Origin: the human T2T-CHM13v2.0 reference genome, Homo sapiens
Strand: one strand, 5' to 3'
Assembly: GCF_009914755.1 (NCBI RefSeq)
Contig: NC_060937.1
Length of the DNA: 64,000 bases
The notes beneath the pieces are model-generated. The model was given only the letters and a program-made list of their open reading frames with translations. It did not search any database and was not told where the DNA came from. The stretch's first letter is position 1. Each line of letters begins with the position of its first letter. Shown piece by piece: positions 54,768 through 64,000 of the stretch. Both the position numbers and the translations under genes were made by a program.

Positions 54768-54802
54768 TCATTTCATTTCTCTGAAGAAGCCAGACTAATA
54801 CA
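54264..54802 (+). mobile_element. MLT2 (ERVL) solo LTR
   Basis: GACTGGGCTATGGGGTGCCCAG..CCCTAATGTGGGTGGGCCTCATC..(CT)n..GACTAATACA. Confidence 0.88.
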
Positions 54803-54831
54803 GGGAATTAGTTAGAAAATATCCAATATCT

Positions 54832-55101
54832 GTCCAGACACTGTGGCTCATACCTTAATCCCAACACTTTCCTAGGCAAAAGCAAGAGGATCACTTGAAG
54901 CCAGGAGTGGAAGACTAGCCTGAACAACAGAGTGAGTCTCTGACTCTACAAATAAAAAAAATTAAACAGTCATGGGGCATGTGCCTGTGGTCCCAACTAC
55001 TTGAAAGGCTGAGTTGGGAGGATTGCTTGAGGCCAAGAAGTAAAGGCTGCAGTAATCTATGATGGCATCACTACACTACAATCTGGGCAACAGAGCAAGA
55101 T
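54832..55101 (+). mobile_element. AluJ
   Basis: GAGGATCACTTGAAGCCAGGAG..GGAGGATTGCTTGAG..AGGCTGCAGT; candidate TSD AAATATCCAATATC / AAATATTCATTATC. Confidence 0.88.
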
Positions 55102-55211
55102 AGAAAGAAAAAAGAAAAGAGAGAAAGAAGGGAGAGAAAGGAAGGAAGAAGGGAGGGAAGGAAGGAGGGAGGGAGAGAAGGAAGGAAGGAAAGAAGGAAG
55201 GAGAGAGAGAG

Positions 55212-55270
<59 letters not shown>

Positions 55271-55483
55271 AGGAAGGAAGGAAGGAAAGAAAGAAAGAAA
55301 GAAGGAAAGAAAGAAAGAAAGAAAGAAGGAAAGAAAGGAAGGAAGGAAGGAAGGAGAGAGAAAAGAAGGAAGGAAGGAGAGAGAGAAAGAGGAAAGAAAG
55401 AAAGAGAGGAAAGAAAGAAAGAAAGAGTGAGAGAGAGAGAGGGAGGGAGAGAGGAAGGAAGGAAAAAAGAAAGAAAAGAGAAA
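55102..55483. repeat. Polypurine compound repeat (GAAA/GGAA/GA)n derived from the Alu tail
   Basis: About 380 bp with a single pyrimidine. Confidence 0.96.
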
Positions 55484-55699
55484 ATATTCATTATCCGAGA
55501 AATCCAAAGAAATATCCAATAAATGGGTTCTCTTCAATTAAAAGCAGTTTAATTCTAAAGCTTGTAGCAAGAGATTAACGTGAATTTTTTATTCAAAGAA
55601 TAACAGAAAATTTTTCAATTGTTTATGACTTGAAAAGACCTCTGTTTCACTGGCCAGACTTCATATACTGAAGTACTTACCTTGGGGCAGCTAATTATA

Positions 55700-56300
55700 G
55701 ATCAAATTCCCATTACCTCATTAATTAATCTACCCAAATCAATCTCATTAATATTTAGAAATATGTTCTCTGAACTCCATCTCTACTAGTTCAGGTATTT
55801 ATCATTTGTTTCCTAGGTTACTACAAAAATTTCCCATATTTTCTTTATTCTATTTCCACCCTGTACAAATCCATCATCTACATTATCATCAGAAAGAGAA
55901 ACCAAAAATCTGAATCAAAACATTTAATTGACAAATTTAACAACTTTCAATGAGTGCTGTAAATACAGGATAAAATTCAATATCTTTTCATGGCATTCAT
56001 AATCTTCTATGCTTTTTATTTTTATCCTCATTTCTGGATAATTTTATTTCATAGTTTACTCTTTAACAGGTTTTTTTATATATTGAAAGAACAATTCTTT
56101 TCCATATTCAACGCTCTGTTATCTGTATTTAAACATATTCCTATTAATACTTAATTTAAATTTTTTGTTTTCATATCTCTCACTATAGACTTTCAACTCA
56201 CCTAAAAGCATAACCCATGTCTTATATACCTTTCCTCTTTTGTCCTGTACCTAAAACAATGCCTGGCATGTAGTTGGTGAACAACGTTTACTAGAATAAC
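55700..56300 (+). mobile_element. L2 3' part
   Basis: AACTTTCAATG..ACAGGATAAAATTCAA..TACCTAAAACAATGCCTGGCATGTAG. Confidence 0.65.
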
Positions 56301-56424
56301 AGACTTGTGCACCCCCAAAATGTTTTCAAATAAATGCACATATCTTAGTTGTCATGTTAGAGTTCTTCAGAGAAACAGAACAAATATGACAAATATATGC
56401 ATATTATATATATATATACATCAT

Positions 56425-56560
56425 ATTTTCTGTATTAATTCATCATTAGATGGGCATTGAGTTTGATTCCATATCTTTGCTATTGTGAATAGCACTGTAA
56501 TAAACATGGAAGTGCAGGTGTCTCGTTTAACATACTGGTTTCATTTCCTTTGGACATATA
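56425..56560 (-). mobile_element. L1MA fragment
   Basis: TTGATTCCATATCTTTGCTATTGTGAATAG..TTTCATTTCCTTTGGA. Confidence 0.75.
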
Positions 56561-56804
56561 TACACATATTCAGCAACGTGGTTGAATGTTATAAAAGCTT
56601 AAGTATAAAAGCTAAATGTTACATATTGTCTTAAGTAAGTTAGCCTTTGTAAGATTTTTTTTTTTTTTTTGCTTTATCTAGTATCTGATGATATTTGATC
56701 TTCCTCATAAATTTTTCACAAATTCTAGCTCTTGGTGCTTTCTAATGACCTTAAATAAATACTACATACAATAAATGATTTACACATTTTCAAGTGCTGT
56801 ACTT

Positions 56805-57185
56805 CTTTTTTAATGTAATTAAACAATTTATAGTTGACATGTAATAATTGCATCTATTTCTGTGGGATACAATATGTTTCAATACATGTCTACATAGTAT
56901 AATAACAAAATTTGGGTAATTAATATATCCACCACTTTAAACATTATCATTTCTTTGTGGTGACAACATCCAAAATCTTATTTTCTAGCTATCTTGAAAA
57001 GTACAATACATTGCTATTTGCTATAGTGACTGTACTATGTAATAGAACACCAAAATTTATTCTTCCTGTCTAACTGTAATTTTACACCCATTGACCAACA
57101 TCTCCATTGTAGAAAACAGTATGGAGGTTTCTCAAAACATTTAAATGAAACTATCATATAATCCAACAATCCCATTACTGGATAT
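56805..57185 (-). mobile_element. L1MA5-7-type 3' end (-) fused to a short sense L1 piece (57104-57185)
   Basis: TATCATTTCTTTGTGGTGA..CCCATTGACCAACATCTCC then GAAAACAGTATGGAGGTTTCTCAAAA..CAATCCCATTACTGG. Confidence 0.8.
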
Positions 57186-58024
57186 GGAAAGTTACACTTA
57201 TTCCTACTCAAAGTAGAGTAAAACAACTTTTTAGAAATGTTGAGTAAACCATCATTAAATTTTGCTGAGAAGTTGACAGTATTCACTTAACATGCCACTA
57301 AATATTTAATAAACATTTGACATATTTTGACTCGTTTTAGAGAATTTAGATATTTGTCAATTTTGGAAATGTTTTCACATCAATATCACTTGATATATCA
57401 CAAATAGAAGAAGGATTTGTTATCACAAAATATCCATAAGGACATGGCTGTGTCCTTAGATAGTCATGAAGCTTTTTGTTGCCATTCCCTTTTTGCTGTT
57501 CTATAATTTTGTCACAAAACAGGAAAACTGAGGTCAAGAGGAACCTTTTGGCAGACAATGAATCTGGTGTTTTGCATAATACAGATGTCATTCCATTCTA
57601 ACAAAATGGTTTAGCTGCTCAATTTCTCTATGTATATTTACTATGTGTTCAACTACATAGAAATGCCATTACAATTGCTTATCTCTATGTGCATATTTCT
57701 CTTTGTCATAAATTACCTTGTGGGAACATTTTTCTAAACAAAATGTACATGGCTATTTCTGTATATACCAAATGTGTGAATTCCAATAGTCTTTAATGAA
57801 TGCTAGCTAATTATAGGTTCTAGCTAACTATGGTTTATAGTAATAGTTACTTTTCTGCTTCAAATATTGTTTGTTGCCTCAATTCATTTCAAGGTCCTAT
57901 GATTTGGGAATTTCTGTACAAACTTGTATCCTGGGAATAAAATAAAATTATAGTTTTATTTATTTATATGATGTTTTATTTTAACTGAACTTAAAATTTC
58001 TTCCAGAAATATACATTATGACAT

Positions 58025-58304
58025 GGTCAGTTGTGGTGATTCATGCCTGTAATCCCAGCACTTTGGGATGCCAAGGCTGGAGGATCACTTGAGGTCAGTT
58101 TAAGATCAGCCTGGCCAACAAGGTGAAACCCCATCTCTACTAAAAAAACACAACAATTACCTGGGTTTGGTGGTGGAATCCTGTAATATCAGCCACTCTG
58201 GAGATTGAGGCAGGAGAATGGTTTGAACCCGGGAGACAGAGGTTGCAGAGAGCGTGCCACTGCACTGCAGACTGGGTGACAGAGCAAGATGCCATATAAA
58301 ACAA
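58025..58304 (+). mobile_element. AluS (diverged)
   Basis: GCCTGTAATCCCAGCACTTTGGG..GAGGCAGGAGAAT..GAACCCGGGAG. Confidence 0.9.
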
Positions 58305-58540
58305 ATATATACATATATATAACATATATTAAATATATACATATATAATGTAATACACATTTTTGTCATAATGTGTGTATATACATATAATATATGTATA
58401 TAATATATTTTATATATATACACATATACATACATAATGTGTGTGTATATACATATAATATATGTATATATATACACATATACATTATATATGTATATAT
58501 ATTATATATATTATGTATATATACACACATTATTACAAAA
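58305..58540. repeat. TA/CA-rich low-complexity tail with inverted symmetry
   Basis: Direct reading. Confidence 0.85.
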
Positions 58541-59512
58541 ATAAACTAAAATAAAATGTCATAGGTCAGGAAATGAAGATGAAAGTATAATAAAAATTTG
58601 AAATTAGATAAAGTCAGCAATGAAATTAGCATTCCAAACGTACTCTCTGTGATTTTTCTAGAGCTGGTGGACCATTTAGGCTTTTTCAGAAGCCTCATGT
58701 AGAAGCAGCATGTTTCACACAGTGCTCAACATCTAAGTGTAATCAACATTCAGTAATTGTTTTTAATGTTTCTCTATTGATTTGCATACATGCTGATGCA
58801 GGTTGAGCTTTATAAGGAAGAAGAAGAACAGAGGCAAGGATAAAATTAAACTGTTTTAGAATAACTTGTCATTATACAATTAGAATGACTTCTCCCAAAC
58901 ATAATTATTTAGATAATGTCAACGTTCCTATTTCATAATGTACTAAAAATAATCCTTACAAAATAATTAAAAGGGATGTATATAAACATATAAAGGTGAT
59001 ACAATCCTAACCGATTCCTGATTTGTTAGTAATAAAAGCAAATATATAAATATTTCTTTTGTCAGTTTATATTTTGCATAAATCATACATTCTTCTTAGA
59101 ATCAATAAAAAAAGTGAGTAGTGGTCATTTGACCCTTAAGAACTTAAATTCATTTGTCTTTTATTCACCCCATGAGTTCCCTTTTGGAGAATAAATAATC
59201 AAAAATATCAGAGTGTGACAAGACTGACCAATACCAAATGGAATGTTTTGGGATGAGTTTAAGGCATGAGGCTGGCATCGTGGCATAAGATCACTGTGGA
59301 GACTGAGGATATGACTTAGGTCTCCTCCTACAGTAACTAATTGTAAAGCCTCATACATATGACAAGTTATCATGGGCATATACTACCTATAATCTTTTCC
59401 TCAATTGAAACAAGATTCTTTTAGATACATTTTTGAGTCAACTACATCTTCTTAACAGCCTCAATTAAAATCAACAAACAAAAATATCTCTGTATATCTT
59501 TGATAACATGAA

Positions 59513-59591
59513 TATTTTTGTGCAAAGGTAATTGTGGTTTTTCTCATTACTTTTAATGGAAAAAAACGCACTTACTTTGGCACTAACCTAA
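59513..59591. mobile_element. MADE1 (Hsmar1-derived MITE)
   Basis: GTGCAAAGGTAATTGTGGTTTT..TTACTTTTAATGG..CGCACTTACTTTGGCACTAACCTAA, about 80 bp, quasi-palindromic. Confidence 0.88.
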
Positions 59592-59800
59592 TATCTTTTA
59601 GAATAATTAGACCATAACCCTGAACATTCTTAAGTCTTTTACTACATTCTGAGAAATTAACTCTGAACTGATAAGAGAGAAAAAAATGCTATACATTTTA
59701 AGACTAATTAACAATATATTTAATAGGTACATAAAATGAAACCGCTATCAAGTTCTCTGTGAAACAATGCTCAAAGTTATTTCTGACCTTATTAAAATGT

Positions 59801-60150
59801 ATGCATTAAAAATGAACTCATCCTTAAATATGTCAAATAGGAAATTCACATTTGGATCAATGTGAACCGAGGCTGGATTTACTTTGCCCTATGTAAAATA
59901 CACATGCCAAATTCACATTTGGATAAAGGTGAATTTATTTATTTATTATTTATTTATTCTACATAGGGCAAAGTAAATCCAGCCTAGATTCACATTCATC
60001 CAAATGTGAATTCTCTACTTGACATATTTAAGGATAAGTTTATTTTAAATGCATGTAATTTAAATTCATGTGAATTTGGAGAAATGTGAACGTGGGCATG
60101 TGTGTTCTACATAGGGCAAAATAAATCCAGCCTAGGTTCGATTGATCAAG
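59801..60150. repeat. Compound inverted repeat: two 100-bp arms plus a third partial arm
   Basis: 59801-59900 vs reverse complement of 59955-60054: 90/100 identical by hand alignment, no gaps. Confidence 0.93.
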
Positions 60151-60551
60151 CCACATGTTTCCCTTTGCCAGGAAGAAAGAATAATTTTAATGCAACAAAA
60201 ATATCTTATGCACGATGATTTGTCCCACTAGATTTATAACACTCAAGGGAGGGCCCTTTGTAACTCACCACCTTAGAGGTGATATTTTTCTCTAATCTGC
60301 ACAAAGACAAAAGTTAGCTTTGACCTGGGCTTAAATATAAGTAGCCTCATATACCTAGAAAAATGTGTATATTTCTCTCACACATTCTTTATGAGACTTT
60401 GTGAAACCGTCCTAGTTCTTATGAGAAAAATCTTTAAGCTCCATTATATACAAGGAGGGGATTCATCCTGTCTGTATACTTTTTTCCCAAAGGATAAGAA
60501 GATTCCTTTTTAAGGGAATAAATCTATATGATCTCAATTTTTCTAAAGTCT

Positions 60552-60788
60552 AATGAGAGCACATGGACACAGGAAGGGGAACGTCACACTCTGGGGACTG
60601 TTGTGGGGTGGGGGGAGGGGGGAGGGATAGCATTGGGAGATATACCTAATGCTAGATGACGAGTTAGTGGGTGCAGCGCACCAGCATGGCACATGTATAC
60701 ATATGTAACTAACCTGCACATTGTGCACATGTACCCTAAAACTCAAAGTATAATAATAATAAAATAAAAAGAAAAGAAAAAAAGAAAG
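60552..60788 (+). mobile_element. 5'-truncated L1PA2-type 3'UTR with A-rich tail
   Basis: TGCTAGATGACGAGTTAGTGGGTGCAGCGCACC has GAG, not the L1HS ACA/ACG; G-rich tract; candidate TSD AAAGTCT/AAAGACT. Confidence 0.9.
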
Positions 60789-61097
60789 ACTTGGCAAACA
60801 GCCTGAGAACTGCCATAAAACAAAACATTCCAGGGACTAACTTACTAGTCTATAGATCACCTTAAACTGCTCTGGAACTTTCAAGATTAAAGCAGGTCCT
60901 TAGAATGGCACCTATAAAAGTTTGTAACCTTCAGGCTGAGCCTGGAAGAGACCTACTACTAGTAAAAGTCTAGGCATAAAGGCAGGGTTACATTGGTGCA
61001 CTTACCGATCTTAGATGTTTCACTCTGAATTTCAAATCTGGTTTATTGCTTTCTATCATTTTCGTCATCAGTGGGGAATTAAGAAGAGTTAAAGACA

Positions 61098-61380
<283 letters not shown>

Positions 61381-61599
61381 GGCTTCAGACATACAATATT
61401 TTTAGAATCCCATTTACAAATTTATTGAAAAATAGCATTAACAAAATCGTAGCTGTGGTTACTGATAAAAACTACTAAAAGTGGCTAAAAACAATGGATA
61501 TTCCCTTTCCTTTTGTGAGTTTGGTTGGTTATTTAAATATGAGCAGATTGTGAAAAACAATGAAACACATAAATAATTTTCAGAAAACTATATAACCTC

Positions 61600-61685
61600 T
61601 GAATGTATACATGCATTGAAATATCACATTGTATTTCATAAATATGTGCAATTATATAATAATTATAAATTTAAAAAATAAATGA
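61600..61685 (+). mobile_element. L1MA-type terminal fragment
   Basis: GAAATATCACATTGTATTTCATAAATATGTGCAATTAT followed by an A-rich tail. Confidence 0.55.
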
Positions 61686-61723
61686 AAATATGTAGCCTCT
61701 GAATAAAGAAAATTATGTAATTA

Positions 61724-61941
61724 CAAGGTCAGCCCTCCGCATTTGTTGATTGAGCATCCTAGGAGTCAACCAATCAGGATTGAAAATAGAGTATTTAGGG
61801 AATTCACAGACCTGCAGATGTGGAGAGTGGACTTTTGGTATTCACGGGTTCTGAATTTGAGGGTTGAGCATCTGCAGATTTTGGTGGGTGCACAGGGAAG
61901 TGACCTGGAACCAGTACCTCACAGATGGCAAGGGATGACTG
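61724..61941. mobile_element. MER8/MER2-type Tigger MITE
   Basis: GTCAGCCCTCCG..TCAACCAA..GAAAATA..CCTGGAACCA..AGGGATGACTG. Confidence 0.75.
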
Positions 61942-63608
61942 TGTATTTATTATATAACAACATATAAGTATTATAATTGACTATCATCTATTAAATTAAT
62001 AGTTAAATTTCAAACTAGATTATTACCAGCAGATATTTACTTGGGTCCTAACAAACCGATGTGAGCTCATGAAATTTGCAAAAATGAAACAGCAAATACA
62101 TCAGTAGAAAATGTGATTTTATTAAAAGTACAATGTACACATTTACTTTGAATTCTCTGTTATGATAATATAGATCTATTGCTTAATTAAAATCACCTCT
62201 TTATTTCATATGTTGAACATCTAACTAAATGTATAAATTTCAAAAATCATGAAAGGTTTTATAAGGTGAAATAACATTCCTTTTACTTACTTCCTAGGCA
62301 GTAACACTTTAAATTACATCGTTTTATTTCATGTAGAAGTCTCACATGCATATTGATATAAATTTAACAAAATAGATATTTCCAAGCCCTGATATATTTT
62401 GTCATAAGTATTTAGAATAGTAAATATTTTTAAAACCAGGACATTGCTGCTAAAAGTACCGACTGTGATTTACTGAGAAGCAATTCAGCAAAATTATCTC
62501 CTAGAACAATTGCTATGAAGTAAACTTGATCAAATAAATAAGTCATAAGCACATATTAATTAAAGTAGAAGAAACAAAATAGAATTTTGGACATGGAAAT
62601 AAAGTATAGAAAGGAGAAAATTAAGGTTCACATTAAAAAAGATCAAGTAATAATCATCTGTTTAACAAGTAGGCTATTTTTTAGCATGATACCCATCAGC
62701 ATGGTTTTTTATGCAAAACATCAAAGTTTTCAATGACTAAATATTACTTAAGGGTGAAATTCTCAAATACTTTTAATTACCTCTTTTAAAATAATAACCT
62801 CAATTAATCTTGTCAGTATATGCGTTTCTTTCACATAGTACTTATACGTCAAAATATTGTTAAAGCTTGATGTACATAGTTTATAGGGCTCTGTCAAGAA
62901 TGAATCCAGCTTGATTATATAAGATATTTTATGTAAACAGAACATGAAAAATTGCTTATTGTTAACCTTGTACTTCAGATAAAGGGTTGACTAAAATTTT
63001 CATTGCAATGGATAGAAATGCAAAGAAATGAGGGACGAGATAACAAGTTCAAGCATCTTTAATCTTTGATCACTGTCTTCCAATATCCACCCTTATCTTA
63101 AGTGTAAAAGAGCATTAGAAAGGAAAAGAAGGAGGAGGAGGAAAAAAGGTAGAAGCGATGGCAAAAAAAGAGATTTAAAAAAAACAGAATGTAAATTCCA
63201 ACCTCAATGAGATCCCCTATATAATGTCAGCTAGATGACATGATCAGGACTATTTTTCCCTTGTCAATAGGCTGTGGAGTTGGAGGCAGACAGACAGTAT
63301 CTTACATATTTTCCTCTAAAACCAAACCAACATCTTCCATCTTGCCATTCAATTGATGTGGAAAGTCTAGCCTAGTGAGAAACTAGCAAAATAAGACATA
63401 AGCTAGTGACTGAGAGCTTGCTCCAGCCACAGAAAAAAGCAGGCCTAGCACCAATTCCCAAATGAAAGCAGTCTCCAGACTAAACATGGATGAACTAAAA
63501 GAGTGACCAATGAAACTTCTCGGCCAAGCTTCATGTCCCAGCATCCAAAAAGTCACATTGCTCAGACCCAGATTCATCTATGCTGCTTGGCTGAGTCTTC
63601 AATCTCAA

Positions 63609-63680
63609 CTGTAACAGTGTTTTGAATTTCACTAATCTGTAACAGTGTTTTGAATTTCATTAACCTAGAGCAGTGTTTTG
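63609..63680. repeat. 28-bp tandem duplication, about 2.5 copies
   Basis: CTGTAACAGTGTTTTGAATTTCA(C/T)TAA twice, then CTAGAGCAGTGTTTTG. Confidence 0.85.
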
Positions 63681-64000
63681 GTGGCCTTGGAGTAGAAAAA
63701 TAATGAGATAGAAATATTTACCAGTATCAAGATTGCTTTCCCTAGAATTCATTGCAGTAAGGGAGAATATTATCCTGGCAGTTTTAGCAGTGTCTCAAAA
63801 AAGGGAAATCAGAGGGAGGTTTTTATTGGATTTGGAGATTTAGGTTTAAATGGTTTAATTTGGATCTTTCAGTGTAGGGTTAGCCAGTTTTGACATTAGT
63901 TTGGCATGGTGGATTAGAGTAGTGATGGTCTTGAAATAAATGTTGGTAAGTAAATTATTGTGTGAATAAGTGAACTCCTTGTCTAGCCCAGCAGACTACT

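Noticed and set aside
55057-55537. 144-aa and 153-aa ORFs rich in F/L/S/P
   Set aside because: Translation of the pyrimidine strand of the purine repeat; stop-free for compositional reasons.
63609-63680. 28-bp repeat (and the 12-bp repeat at 61209) as a CRISPR-like array
   Set aside because: Head-to-tail copies without unique spacers, primate DNA, no cas genes.
63330-64000. Possible further LTR fragments (also 23940-24300 and 52680-53100)
   Set aside because: LTR-like texture but no family or termini I could identify with confidence.

Overview
AT-rich, CpG-poor primate genomic DNA. AluY and an L1PA2-type 3' end point to an ape, most likely human. It looks like a gene desert or large intron: I find no credible host protein-coding gene, tRNA, rRNA, CpG island or CRISPR array. 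About half the window is recognisable transposon debris: L1, L2, MIR, Alu, MaLR/ERV LTRs, a full-length MST provirus, a full-length Tigger1, MER44, MER8, MER58 and MADE1. All protein-like ORFs are decayed L1 ORF2 or Tigger1 transposase. The notable features are structural: a compound ~100-bp-arm inverted repeat next to a MADE1, a perfect 44-bp palindrome whose core resembles two Tigger1 ends, two L1s with twin-priming inversion geometry, a Tigger1 with an ectopic internal duplication, a rearranged THE1 block and atypical Alus. I cannot support a new biological system from sequence alone. Subfamily names come from recalled consensus motifs and need RepeatMasker/Dfam confirmation; boundaries of old elements are approximate.
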